64,000 bases of DNA. It comes from Octopus bimaculoides (lineage: Eukaryota). Each line of letters begins with the position of its first letter. Position 1 is the stretch's first letter. The stretch covers positions 159,001,968-159,065,967 of the forward strand of contig NC_068981.1 of assembly GCF_001194135.2 (NCBI RefSeq), in the 5' to 3' direction. This document shows, piece by piece, positions 1-13,062 of this stretch. The position numbers and the translations under genes were made by a program. The notes below the pieces were generated by a model, which ran no database searches, was not told the origin of the DNA, and saw only the letters and a program-made list of their open reading frames with translations.

Positions 1-560
1 ATTTGACAGTTTGCATAAAAGAAAAAGAAAACACAATAAACACAATATCCCATCTAAAAATAAGGGTATTTAAAAAAAATTGAAAAATATCACCTAGATT
101 ATGGCTGGGAGATAACAGCTTACTCAGAATAGCTGCTCTTAGCTTTCACCACATCCTCAAGAAGGCTCTGAATCATGGCACATGTGTTCCTCACTGTGTC
201 CTTCAGAAGATCTTTGATTGCCTCCTTGATCTTAGCTACCAGCTTGGCCTTAATGTTGCAAGCAGAGTGGTTGGTGTCTTTCTCAATTGCGTCCCACACA
301 TTGCAATCCATGGAGTTACAGTCAGAGGAATTAAGAGGCCAGAAATTAGGGCTGGTGAAGTCATAGACATTCTCCAATAACCACTTCTGACTCTTTCTGG
401 TGGTATGGTAAGGAGCCAAATCCTGTTGCCACACATTTTGCCTTCCTGCCAGGTTTTGACCACAGTCTCCAGCAGTTTCACAGCAGCTCTCTGGATTGAG
501 TGTAAGGCCCTGTCTAAAGATGTGGGGCAGCATGTCACCCTCACTGGCGTCATTGGTGGA
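1..560 (-). mobile_element. Tc1/mariner DD37D (maT-like) transposase 3' remnant, frameshifted
   Basis: The minus ORF 120-533 reads WQQDLAPYH...WPLNSSDCNSMD with 37 residues between the two catalytic Asp. Upstream SEGDMLPHIF is a mariner motif. The AT-rich 3' flank runs off the window start. Confidence 0.8.
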
Positions 561-1943
561 ACTAAATTACTTGCAATCTCAGGTCTGACAAAGATGCCCT
601 CCTTGAGCTTAGCAGAACTCAGAGCTGGGAACAGAGTGCACAAGTGTTGGAAGACAGCACCATTTTTGTCCATGGCCTTCACAAAATTTTTCATTAAGCC
701 AAACTTGATATGAAGAGGAAGAAGAAGCACCTTCTTCATGTCTACCAGAGGATTTTCTCGGACACTGTGTTCACCAGCCACAAAAGTGCTCCTAGATCCC
801 CAGTCCTTCTGCTTGTAGTGCTTGGACACTGCTTGTCTGTCCCAGAGACAGAAAAACCTACAGTGTTTTGTGAAGCCTGCTTGTGTACCCATAAGGAACC
901 CAATGACATTGAGGTTCCCACAGAGATTCCACTGGTACTGGTTGTACTTGACAGCTTCTAAAGGAGCTCCGTATTGTCATATGACTCCTTCTATTGTGCA
1001 GGAGCACAGCCTTCAGATTTTCTTTGGAAGAGTCTATGAAAAGACGCCTGTCTGAGGGATTATATGGGAAACCAGGGAAGGTGAACAAGCCAGAGCAGTA
1101 GCACAACCTGTTTTCCCTATCTAAGAATGAAGCAGAGTACTGGTTCTATGTTCTGAAACTGGTGATATTTACATCTGCCTTGACCAGGTTCCACTGCTTA
1201 AATCAGGTTGCCAGGAGCTTGACTGCTGCTTAGATAGATACAAATCATGGGCAAAGTCATTCAGGTTTTCTTGGGTGATCCAGTGGGGCTCATTTCCATT
1301 TACTTCTGAATAAACAGAGACATTGTCTTCAGAATAGATCAACTTGGCAGAATCTTCCCCTGAAGGCATTTCTTCATTTGATGAACGAAGAAGATCCTTA
1401 CTTGCTAAGGGTGTAGGGACTGGGAGATCATCTGAGTGGGGAACAGGTCTCATAGCTGAGGGAAGGTTGGGATATTTGATCTTTTTTCTAGGAGGAGCAC
1501 TAAAACCTGTTATATTTGTTAGACAATTGTCTGCATGGCTCTGTGGCTCTCTCCAGACCATCAGGACAGCAAAGTTGAAGGCTGCTTTCTTGCTGTTAAA
1601 CCATGCAGTTAGTTCATTGTAGCAGGGTTTACAACAGATATGCGACTGTTGTGAAATCCTCACACATGTAACAATGAATTTGTCTTGTTGATGCTTCCTT
1701 GGTGTTTTGAAGTACCTGAAGCCATTGTAGAGATATGTATTATATGTATCACAAAAATCTGGAAAACAAAATATAAATTGTTCACATATATGGTTATGTG
1801 AATTGTTGCAAAATCATAATAATGTATATCTCAAAAACTAGAGGTGATGAGTGAAAACTGGTTTTGTATCTGAAATCAGCACCCCAAAATTAGGCTAAGA
1901 ACAACTATTTTTATGTTTGCCTTAATTTCTTTGTTAACCAATG
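561..1943 (-). mobile_element. Chapaev3-like (CMC superfamily) DNA transposon, 5' two-thirds, decayed transposase
   Basis: Minus-strand ORF pieces read HICCKPC..VWREPQSH..KYPNLPSAMRPVPHSDDLPVP, RLFIDSSKENLKAVLLHN, GFTKHCRFFCLWD and LLPLHIKFGLMKNFVKAM..KLKEGIFV. A subterminal motif ctcaaaaactagaggtgat...gaaatcagcaccccaaaattag lies near 1830-1895. The family assignment is from recalled motif similarity. Confidence 0.7.
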
Positions 1944-2469
1944 TGATCATCACTGTTTCACTGTCAACTTTTCCATGCTTGCATGGGTCATATGTGAGTA
2001 TGTTGGGGCAGTATTTTTCCAGTTGCCAATCCCTACTTGTTTGCAAGTGTGGTGATAATCTCCCAGTCTATTGAACGAAAAACAGTCTGGACTTGTATGG
2101 AGAACTCGAGACAAAAGGCATTGAAATATGTCTTTTTATTTGCAAAGATTATGGAACATGTCAAGACATGTCATGAAGTGTGGGCATTCTTTCATAGTAG
2201 ACTGCAAGCAAATGATTCTGTGAACAAAGCCAATTTTACGACTAATGAGTGACAAGGGAAATACAAAATCACTCACACATACACATAAACAAATGACTTT
2301 TTTCAGTTGCTAACAACCAAGTCCACTCACAACTTTTGGTCAGTTCAGGGCTATAATAGAAGAAACTTGCCCAAGGTACCATGCAGTATAACTGAAATCA
2401 AAACCACAAGGTTGGGAAGCAAACTCCTTAACTTCACACACACACACATATATATATATGTATGTATGC

Positions 2470-2501
<32 letters not shown>

Positions 2502-2508
2502 GTATATA

Positions 2509-2893
2509 NNNNNNNNNNNNNNNNNNNNNNNNNNNNNNNNNNNNNNNNNNNNNNNNNNNNNNNNNNNNNNNNNNNNNNNNNNNNNNNNNNNNNNNNNNNN
2601 NNNNNNNNNNNNNNNNNNNNNNNNNNNNNNNNNNNNNNNNNNNNNNNNNNNNNNNNNNNNNNNNNNNNNNNNNNNNNNNNNNNNNNNNNNNNNNNNNNNN
2701 NNNNNNNNNNNNNNNNNNNNNNNNNNNNNNNNNNNNNNNNNNNNNNNNNNNNNNNNNNNNNNNNNNNNNNNNNNNNNNNNNNNNNNNNNNNNNNNNNNNN
2801 NNNNNNNNNNNNNNNNNNNNNNNNNNNNNNNNNNNNNNNNNNNNNNNNNNNNNNNNNNNNNNNNNNNNNNNNNNNNNNNNNNNNNNNNNNNNN
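2509..2893. other. Assembly gap (N) after (TA)n
   Basis: N run. Confidence 1.
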
Positions 2894-2998
2894 TGGTGAC
2901 ATATTAATAAAAATCTGTAAATGTACAACCATCCAGATATCTAAGTACCTTATTATTTTTTCTAATATATAATTCCTGTACATCACCTCCAAACCTTC

Positions 2999-3035
<37 letters not shown>

Positions 3036-3116
3036 GGGCAGTAATGTGTGTATTTGTTTCCTTGTATTGACATCACATATTAATTGTAAACAAATTTCTT
3101 AATCTCACAGCAATAC

Positions 3117-3189
<73 letters not shown>

Positions 3190-3954
3190 NNNNNNNNNNN
3201 NNNNNNNNNNNNNNNNNNNNNNNNNNNNNNNNNNNNNNNNNNNNNNNNNNNNNNNNNNNNNNNNNNNNNNNNNNNNNNNNNNNNNNNNNNNNNNNNNNNN
3301 NNNNNNNNNNNNNNNNNNNNNNNNNNNNNNNNNNNNNNNNNNNNNNNNNNNNNNNNNNNNNNNNNNNNNNNNNNNNNNNNNNNNNNNNNNNNNNNNNNNN
3401 NNNNNNNNNNNNNNNNNNNNNNNNNNNNNNNNNNNNNNNNNNNNNNNNNNNNNNNNNNNNNNNNNNNNNNNNNNNNNNNNNNNNNNNNNNNNNNNNNNNN
3501 NNNNNNNNNNNNNNNNNNNNNNNNNNNNNNNNNNNNNNNNNNNNNNNNNNNNNNNNNNNNNNNNNNNNNNNNNNNNNNNNNNNNNNNNNNNNNNNNNNNN
3601 NNNNNNNNNNNNNNNNNNNNNNNNNNNNNNNNNNNNNNNNNNNNNNNNNNNNNNNNNNNNNNNNNNNNNNNNNNNNNNNNNNNNNNNNNNNNNNNNNNNN
3701 NNNNNNNNNNNNNNNNNNNNNNNNNNNNNNNNNNNNNNNNNNNNNNNNNNNNNNNNNNNNNNNNNNNNNNNNNNNNNNNNNNNNNNNNNNNNNNNNNNNN
3801 NNNNNNNNNNNNNNNNNNNNNNNNNNNNNNNNNNNNNNNNNNNNNNNNNNNNNNNNNNNNNNNNNNNNNNNNNNNNNNNNNNNNNNNNNNNNNNNNNNNN
3901 NNNNNNNNNNNNNNNNNNNNNNNNNNNNNNNNNNNNNNNNNNNNNNNNNNNNNN
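3190..3954. other. Assembly gap (N) flanked by (GT)n/(TA)n
   Basis: N run. Confidence 1.
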
Positions 3955-3985
<31 letters not shown>

Positions 3986-3988
3986 AAG

Positions 3989-4022
<34 letters not shown>

Positions 4023-4589
4023 GATGTATTTTTGTTTCTTTGTATTGACATCACATGCTAAATGTAAACAAACAGCCACAACATATGAGCGGTGTCATCA
4101 GCTTGCCATATTTTGAGGAAGTATGCCTGGCTTTTTGTGTTGTTTGTGTTCAAAAGACAAAAGGAAACTTCCTGTTTAGAAACAGGTGAGGGTTGCTAAC
4201 AAGGAGAGAAGTCCAGCACTGCAAGTAACTTCAGCTGTCACTGGATCCTGAACCACATAACCTCAATTCAAATAGTGTTATTGTTTGCAAATGAAAAACT
4301 GCAACTAAGCACTCATTTTTGCAACAAACAAAGTTTAACCTCATTTTTTAAAAAAAACTCGCTGTCTGTACTATCTCCTACTTTTCTTTCTTTCATGCAC
4401 TCACAAACCTACCTGTTCACTTACCTCATTCAATCTACTGTACTCTTTATATACCCTTCCTTGTAAACCTGAGGATACACTCTGTTACATCTTCTTCACC
4501 ATCTACTCTCTTTCTCTTTCTTTTCTCAACTGGAAGTAACCATGTATCTCCTCTATTGCCAGATCTGTTTCTGTCCTATTATATTTTAA

Positions 4590-4870
4590 CCCTCTCATTT
4601 CTTGGCACAAAGCTGTCTCTCCCAATACTGGTCCCCACTCTGTTGTGGAGTCTTGTCTTGCAAGTTACATGGTGACCTCACTGTTGCAGGTGTCATGTGA
4701 AAAAGACCCAGTATATTCTGTAAAGTAGTTAGCATTAGGAAGAGTATCTAGTTGTAGAATCCATGCCAAAACAAACATTAGCACTTGGTGCTATCCTATG
4801 GCTTACCAGCTGCTGTCAAACCATCCAGCCCATGTGAACATGGAATGCTGATGTTAAATGATGATGATGG
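4590..4870 (+). mobile_element. RTE-type LINE 3' end fragment with (GAT)n tail
   Basis: Matches the repeat family that recurs throughout the window and ends ...catgg..gatgttaaatgatgatgat. Confidence 0.6.
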
Positions 4871-5029
4871 TTTAGTAGAGTTCTTTGGAATATTTTCTTA
4901 CTTTCACTTTTGAGTGTCATGGCAGATACATCTAAAGTAGTGAGTTAGAATTTGGTGATAGCAGTTATCAATTATTTATTCATTGTTATTTGTTAATGAT
5001 TTAATTAGAGAAAAAAAAGCTTGCATTTA

Positions 5030-5067
<38 letters not shown>

Positions 5068-6070
5068 GATATAGCATTTCAGCGTCATGTACACATCAGC
5101 AATCTAAATCAGGATTTATTGATTTTGAGCAGGAGGAGAGTGATCATGTATTTTATCATAGCAGCAATGCTTTCGTTCGTAATGAGGGCCTCCACAAAAT
5201 CTCTGAACTTAAAAGCAATATCTGTTAAGTATATTCTTCAATGTTTTCCTGAAGAAATTTTTGGTCAGTGTGAGCAATGAGGCCACAAGGTATGCTCCTC
5301 AACCAGGTAACATCACCTTTATTATTACATCAATGGAGTAAATGAAGGTATATCTTGGAATGGTTTTTCTGATGGGAATTGTGCAGCTTCTAAGTTACAC
5401 ATATTACAGGAACATAAATTCTGTTCCGAGACAAGAGACTGATACCCAGGAACTGATATCTTGTAAATATATGTGTAAACACATATAATCAATTTACCTA
5501 CCTGGGTGATATGACAACAGGTAAAAATTAATTTTTACAGTAAACAACAACACTTATTGCATTGCGTTAACAACTTTTATCCAAGTTCAGGCAATAGTTT
5601 CATTGTTAACATTTTTATACTTGTCTAACCACATTTCATCAAAATCTCTAGCTTCTAACAGGATTGTGAGATAGGAATTCTCATTTGCAATCAAACTGTT
5701 TATATATCAGTTGATCTCTGCAATTGGAATTTAAAGCAGAAGAGATAAGTATATAGCAAAATATAGTTTTCAAAATGTATCCTAAGATTCTACCTCCAAG
5801 ACGACCCATGTGTACTTTACACCATACCAAGCATCAAATGCTTCTGAAAAAATATAATTTCTAAAGAATTTTATGTATTTCCTGGTTCTTCATAAATTTC
5901 CTATTATCTTGTTTTCAAAATAACCATGGAATTTCTAAGTGTACTGATAAGTTTGTAAGTTTACACTTTGTGCTGTGCACCTTGATAGTAAAGGTTGCTT
6001 ATATCCTATATTTGCCAGCATTGTATTCATTTAAAAACCACTAAGTTCCCGTACTGGCCTCTGTATTATA

Positions 6071-6318
6071 TTGGGTTGGTGCATAATTATTGCGGCTTTT
6101 TTTTCAACAAATTTTATTCAACAAAAACAACTATTTAACAAAAACATCTTTAAATGATGGTGTGACCATCTGCCAAGGCAAATGGGAAGAAGTAATTGAA
6201 GTAGATGGTGAATATGCTCTGGAATAATCATTTAAAGATATTTTTGTTACATGTTGTTATTGTTTTTGTTGATTAAAATTTGTTGTAAAAAAGCCACAAT
6301 AATTATGCACCAACCCAA
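6071..6318. mobile_element. Mariner-derived fold-back MITE with ~95-bp TIRs and TA TSD
   Basis: ta-TTGGGTTGGTGCATAATTATTGCGGCTTTT ... AAAAGCCACAATAATTATGCACCAACCCAA-ta. The termini resemble Hsmar1/MADE1-type TIRs. The centre encodes DGVTICQGKWEEVIEVDGEYALE*, like a mariner transposase C-terminus. Confidence 0.9.
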
Positions 6319-6456
6319 TATATATTCTTCCTCAGTGGATCTCTCTCATAAGTTGACCAAAGTCAGTTCCTTGACTTTCCTTTATTAATGGATGATCAGC
6401 TATGAAAACATTTGGATAATAATAGTGGAATCATGAACCAACAAGGAGTCCCCTAC

Positions 6457-6662
6457 ATCAGTGTTTCCCAGTCTGGAGTGCTAGCACCTCTGGAGTTGCT
6501 GGGAATATGCGAGAAACAAATTTAAATGCATAAGAAGCAAATTCAAATTAAACTCCATTTGCTTTTGAAAAACCACAAGGAAAATCTAAGAAGGGGTACT
6601 GGCTGATTTGACTTGTTATATATAAAAGAGGTATTGGATGAACAATAGGTGGGGTGCCACTG
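6457..6662. mobile_element. Probable degenerate hAT-type MITE
   Basis: Starts cagtgtttccca and ends gtgccactg, similar to CAGTG...CACTG hAT termini. Confidence 0.35.
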
Positions 6663-7662
6663 CTTGAAATAATCACTGCTAGAAAATGATGGCAAATTTT
6701 CCCTAAATCTTGCATCCTTCCATCTTAAAACGCGAAAGGAACATCAATGTATTCCTACACACTCCACCTAAAAAGTTGGAATTGTCACAATTGAAATGTC
6801 TTAGATCATTGTTTTTTCCGAATCAAAGTTGACTTGAGGAAAAAAAATCACAACAATAATAAACAATATAATTTAACTCCTCTTTATTGCCAAACTCACT
6901 GGAGAAATGGAACTCACTCTACTTATTTTATGTAATCATGTGGTCCTTGGATTCTTTAGCAGAATGTTTACTATATCATAAACATGCTGTCACTCCCCAC
7001 ATTTGCAGATAATGCCCAACATATGTTCAGGCTAAACATCAGCTTCATCAAACTTGCCAGTGTGAGAGGGTTTACAAAAATCACGAGCATTTGCCTTCCT
7101 CTTTGACTAAATCATTGAAAAGTAAAATAAAATTGTAAACAAAATGCCTATGAGCCATTTATCAGTTTTACTCTACTGCTTCTTCTTAGTATCACAATCT
7201 GTAAGTTGTTTTCTACTTTACAATATCTAGTTTGGACTCGACCACGAAAATTAAATGATCCATCTGTAAATAGGAAGTCAATGCTGGTAACAGGATACTA
7301 ACTGGACAGTCTTAACTGTCAAGCACTAATGTATTGTGATAAACTCTCACATTGATTTTGACATAAGCATTCCTTCCCCTTGTTTAGTCAAGAAATGAAA
7401 CTATCTATTATAAGTTATTTTTAGACAGAATTAACATGATTCTATGTGACAAGCATGTGACTTCAAATCAAGGTTACAGTCTATCTATCTGACTGGTTTC
7501 TTCACATTTTCCACCTAATTTACCTCACATGGCTTGGATTGATCCAAGTCTACGGAAGAGGATACTTCCACAATGTGTTGTACAATGGGATTGAATGTAG
7601 GATCTAATGATTGTAAAATGAACTTAACTGCTTGGCCAATGTGCCTATATATATATATATAT

Positions 7663-8047
7663 NNNNNNNNNNNNNNNNNNNNNNNNNNNNNNNNNNNNNN
7701 NNNNNNNNNNNNNNNNNNNNNNNNNNNNNNNNNNNNNNNNNNNNNNNNNNNNNNNNNNNNNNNNNNNNNNNNNNNNNNNNNNNNNNNNNNNNNNNNNNNN
7801 NNNNNNNNNNNNNNNNNNNNNNNNNNNNNNNNNNNNNNNNNNNNNNNNNNNNNNNNNNNNNNNNNNNNNNNNNNNNNNNNNNNNNNNNNNNNNNNNNNNN
7901 NNNNNNNNNNNNNNNNNNNNNNNNNNNNNNNNNNNNNNNNNNNNNNNNNNNNNNNNNNNNNNNNNNNNNNNNNNNNNNNNNNNNNNNNNNNNNNNNNNNN
8001 NNNNNNNNNNNNNNNNNNNNNNNNNNNNNNNNNNNNNNNNNNNNNNN
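7663..8047. other. Assembly gap (N) flanked by (TA)n
   Basis: N run. Confidence 1.
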
Positions 8048-8088
<41 letters not shown>

Positions 8089-8781
8089 AGTCCATTTTGC
8101 ATCTGCTTTCCTTGATGCATGGATTAGATGGATTATCACACACTGAGCTACTTACTGCTCTCTTAGATAGTTCAGAGGATCATGTCTCACTCATACATGG
8201 TCTACTTTTCAAGATTGGATGCCCTTCCTAATACCAACCACTTTACAGAGTATACTAGGCCCACAAGCCACTGAATAGAATTCATTGGGTGCATATTATC
8301 ATGGTATCAACACCAGTGAGGTTGTCTTGTCCTTTGCAAGACCAAAAGTCATTGCTACTCTATTGTCTCCATTCATTCAAGACAACATAATCAAGAGGTT
8401 ATGGTGAGAAAGAGAGAGAGAGAGTAATGGTTAGCTGTATAGAATAGTAATGGTGGAAGTATGTCAGATAAACATACCTGATACAGTTCTCCCATTGCTT
8501 ACATATTGTAACAAGAGAGAAAGAGAGAGGGAGAGAAAGATGAAGAGATAGGGCTGGTTGTCAGAGGTGATTGAATATAGACACATCCAAAGCTATCCCT
8601 TGTTACATGGAGTACAGTTGGAAATAGAGAAGGTGGGTGTTTACTAGAGAGATAAGATATCAATAAGGCAGTGTGGGCAGCAGATGGAGACTGAATAGGA
8701 ATATAATGTCTGAGAGGTTCAAATGTTGAAAAATTATACATCCCAGGCTTCATCACTACCACTATTTTAATAATGTATTTG

Positions 8782-8984
8782 TGTTATTATCCTTTTAATG
8801 TTGGATTATTACAAAACCCACTTTGGTATACAGTATACTTAGAAAAATCAGTAAAGATATGACTATCTTTGAACACCTACGTACTCTACTGGTACTTCAC
8901 ATACTTCTCTTTATTTATAGTGACTATGTTATTCCATTCATCATGTGGGAGGGGTGTACCATTCATTATTACTAATTCCCTACA
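8782..8984 (-). repeat. 3' LTR of Gypsy remnant
   Basis: tgttattatcc...attccctaca (TG...CA), homologous to 11812-12005. Confidence 0.85.
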
Positions 8985-11389
8985 TCTCCCCTTTTAAGTT
9001 TTTCTTAGGAAGTGTCAGTTTTTTATATTTACCCCACCTCCTTTTTTTGAGCTTTTTTCATACAATTTAATATTTTTTGATCTTGGTATTTATTTTCAAG
9101 AACCCTCTATTTTCTTTTCCTTTCACTTGTATTCTTGAGTCCAAACACCTACAGTGGCGTTGGTACTTGGAATGTATTGTACAACCATTCCATTGGTTCC
9201 TCCAACTTCTTTGGTTCGCTTTCCACAAATCTCTTTTTCAGTTGGTTCCTGTGTCTCTTTTGTATGCTTTTTCTACTTTTTACCCAATACATCATTTTAC
9301 TTTTGCATTTAGTAATTATGTCATCTTCCCAGTTCTACTTTCCATTCTGGTATGCTTTCATATACATCTTTTCATCAACTTTAAAGACTCTTGCTATGTC
9401 TTCCCTGGCACTTTTTCTTTTCTTGCCAGGTAGCAATTTATCAAAGACTGATTTTACTTTGCCTACAAACATCAGCTCCGCTGGTGAGCTATCTGCTGGT
9501 GTATTCAGATATGGTGTCACATGGTACATTGTTAAAAATTATTATAGAGCTACCTCATCTGTGATATCCTTATTCAATTTTCTGACGGCCCTTTTGAAGG
9601 TATCGACAAAGTATTCTGCCTGTCCATTAGACCTGGTATGGTATGGTGCCATAATTTATATGTTCTATTGTGAATGTTTCGCAAAATTTTAAAAATTTGT
9701 TAGACACAAATTGTGTTCCATTGTCAGACACTATATTGTCTGAGATGCCAAATCTTGCAAACAATTTGTGTAAAAAATTTATCACAGTTGAGGCGGTTGA
9801 TTTTTTTACACTTACAAATTTCTGGCCATTTCGAGAAATTATCTACTACGACTAAGTATTAAGAACCATTTAAAAGACCAGCGAAATCGTTATGCAGTCT
9901 CAACCACGAAACATCTACTTTTGAGCAATGTTTACTTTTTATCACAGGCAATTTTTCATTTTGCTGTGGCTTACATGCAGGTGTTTCACTCTGTTTTACT
10001 GCAATTTTTTGTTTCAGTCCCTCAACCACATTCAAACCTTCAACTAAACCGACTATATTTCTACTCAAAACACTTATGGGCACATTCCACAACTTGAATA
10101 GTTCCATCCACTCTGTATTGAATAAATTAAGTGAACTTTTTAATACCTATATCTGCACCTTTTTTGTTTGACCTTGAAATGTTACATTGCATACAAATTC
10201 ACTGAAAAAATAAAACCATTTTCCTGTAACATCATCTACTACTATTTTAGATTTAATTAGTTTCAGCTTACTGACATATTTCCATGTTTTTTTCGTTTAT
10301 AATGGTAATATCACTACCAGTGTCCAGCTGCGTTTTAATACTTGTATTTCTGATTTTCACTTTCATGAATTTCCTCATCGTTATATTATCAATTTCTTCT
10401 GATGACAAACTATTTATTCATTTTCCTTTGTTCTGACATTTGTCATCCTCATTCTACAGTGCATCTTTATGTCTTATTTTTCCACAACGAAAGCACTCCA
10501 CTTTTTTAAATGGACAATTTTTCCTCAGGTGTATACCTCCACATGCAAAACATTGGTTTATTTCCTGATTTTTGTTGTGCTTTTTACAAAACACTTTCTC
10601 TATTCTGACTTTTTTGCATGTACTTTACTTGAAAACAATCTTTATGTTCAATTTCATCTGTGTCGTGTCTTAACTTCACATTCTTCTGACACTTGCTGTA
10701 GGGTTACATCCTGGTTTTGTTACCGCTTTGCGAGAATTCTAGTTCTAAATTCTATATGTCCCCATGTAAAAATCAGGCATTTGAACATATGTGGTGTTAA
10801 TTTATCCAGCTTAAATGTTTCGCATTCCCTGTTAACTCTATCTATTTTTTAAAATGTACCATGTGACACCAAATCTGAATACACCAGCAGATAGCTCACC
10901 AGCAGAGCTGATGTTTGCAGGGAAAGTAAAATCAGTTTTTGATAAATTGCTACCTGGCAAGAAAAGAAAAAGTGCCAAGGAAGATATAGCAGGAGTCTTT
11001 AAAGTTGATGAAAAGATGTATATGAAGGCATACAAGAATAGAAAGTAGAATTGGGAATTGATATAGTCTTTGTTGTTGTTTTTCTGATGTTCAGACACTT
11101 CCAATGTGTGCTGAAGAATGAGCTTTTACCACTGAAAATTTTACACTATATCTATTGTGTCATTAAAGTTTATGTCCAAAGGTTTACTTGGGAGTACATA
11201 ATTACTGTATTGTTCATGTTCTGTTGCTGCCAGTTTTCTCCAGATTAAGCACGTTTTCATTTCATCATCCCAGTCTTTAAATGCTTTCTCAAAGATTTGC
11301 TCATATCTTCTGTAGTTTGCTTCAAAGGTTACTCCTTCATCTGGTTCGTATTTGAACTCTGCTATGGAGTTCACAACATAGTCTGTCAA

Positions 11390-11560
11390 GAACTGTATCG
11401 GCCTTTGCTTTTCCCTTGGATAACATCAGTGGTGTGGAGATGGGAGGCTGGAATGCATGGGCGACTGCTAGCCTTCCGTAAACAACCTTGCCTGAACTTG
11501 TACCTCGGAGGGTAATTTTCTAGGTGCAATCCCATGGTCATTCACGACTGAAGGGGGTCT
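11390..11560. mobile_element. Small repeat nested in the Gypsy leader
   Basis: Reverse-complement homologue of 62635-62810 (ggtcatgaatgaccatgg...cagcagtcgcccatgcataccagcc). Confidence 0.65.
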
Positions 11561-11811
11561 CCTCAATATTATTTGTTGTTGTTGTTGCTTCTGTTGTTGC
11601 TCTTGCGGTTGTATCTGCTGCTGTTGTTATTCTTTCAGTTGCTGTTGTTGCAACTCAAGCAAACCGGCCAACAAATTTTCCATAATTTTACCATCTTTTT
11701 TTCATAAAATTCACACAACAAAACTTTGTGAGTTTGTTAACTTCTCGTGAGGTGTTAATTCCTTGTAGAGTTTATTAATTCCTCACAAGTTGTTTGAATT
11801 CTTGTTGCCAC

Positions 11812-12005
11812 TGTTATAATCCTTTTAATGTTAGATTATTATAATGGTCACTTTGGAATACAGTATACTTAGTAAAACCAGTAAAGACTATCTCTGACTG
11901 CCTACTATGTACTCTGGTACTTCACATACTTCTCTTTACTTATAGTGACTAGGTTATTCCATTTGTCACTTGAGAGGGGTGTACCTTTATTACTAATCCC
12001 CTATA
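11812..12005 (-). repeat. 5' LTR of Gypsy remnant
   Basis: tgttataatcc...aatcccctata, a diverged copy of 8782-8984. Confidence 0.85.
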
Positions 12006-12111
12006 GCAATTTGTCATTCCCTACAACAATTTACTTACTACCAGTTGTTGCAGCCCTTTGTTTCTCCTTTGTGCAATTCAGCATCTTGAGATAAGTTATC
12101 AGTGCTCAAGG

Positions 12112-12147
<36 letters not shown>

Positions 12148-12693
12148 GCGTGTGTGTAGTGCAAAACCGCTATGATCTCTTTGACATTGACTGATGAGGA
12201 ATCAGCTGCAGATTTTTTATGTACTATGTTTTTGTCTAATTTTTCGTCCATATCTTTGTTAAATTTATCCATTTATTGTGTTCTTTTTATTAAATGTAAA
12301 GAGATAGAAGATTGTCTGGGAAAGAAATCTGTTGCTTAATTGATTTCAGTTGAAAATTATGTATAGAGGTGGTGAGTTTGTTGTTGATTGAACCAATACT
12401 TGTTTATTACTGATTCTTATTTTATTGACCCTGGAGTAGAGTCAAAGTTAGGCAAGATTTGAACATGTTATATAAAAGTATGAATACAAAGATTGTTAGA
12501 TACTTTAGTCCATTGGGATTATTGACCAAATGGTTGTACATTCAAACCTTAGTACTATTGCTTAAATAAATCACACAACTGTTCTTTCCCCAGTCTGCTG
12601 CTGGCTAATATCTGATATCTGTTCTTTGTGTATGGTTAACAACAGGAATGTTGTGCTGGTGTAAAAACACTTGCTCCATGACCTATCTTTTAT

Positions 12694-13062
12694 CTTTTAC
12701 TTGTTTCAATCACTGGATTGTGGCCATGGTGGGACAACACCTTAAAGAGTTTTAGTTGAATAAATCAAACTCAGTACTTATTTTTTTTAAAGTCTGGTAC
12801 TTATTCTATCATTTTGTCTGTTGCTGAACTGCTAAGTTACAGGAACATAAACAAACCAATACCAGTTGTCAAGAGTAGGGAGACAGACACAAACACAAAA
12901 ATATACATGCACACGTGATGGGTTTCTGTCTACCAAATCCACTCTCAAGGCTTTGGTCAGCCCAGGACTATAGTAGAAGACATTTGCCTAAGGTGCCAAG
13001 CAGTGAGACTGAACCTGAAATCATACTGTTGGGAAGCAAACTTCTTACCACACAGCCATTAC
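12694..13062 (-). mobile_element. tRNA-derived SINE (abundant family A)
   Basis: Homologous to the copies at 29152, 29845, 31433 and 49459. Confidence 0.8.

Larger units (their letters stand above)
8782..12005 (-). mobile_element. Internally deleted Ty3/Gypsy LTR retrotransposon with ~200-bp LTRs
   Basis: Direct repeats at 8782-8984 and 11812-12005. A PPT (aacttaaaaggggaga on minus) abuts the left LTR and a PBS-like tggcaacaag abuts the right LTR. Gag-like ORF at 11141-11389; integrase core FARFGISDNIVSDNGTQF at about 9700-9790. No RT was seen. Confidence 0.85.

Noticed and set aside
2307-4061. Long ORFs in the ORF track (also at 7515-8231, 19798-20667, 38910-39891, 49590-49951)
   Set aside because: They are artefacts of N gaps and (TA)n/(CA)n microsatellites.
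12190-12230. CTGATGA followed by a short stem (ggaatc/gatttt)
   Set aside because: There is no GAAA or stem III, so it is not a hammerhead.
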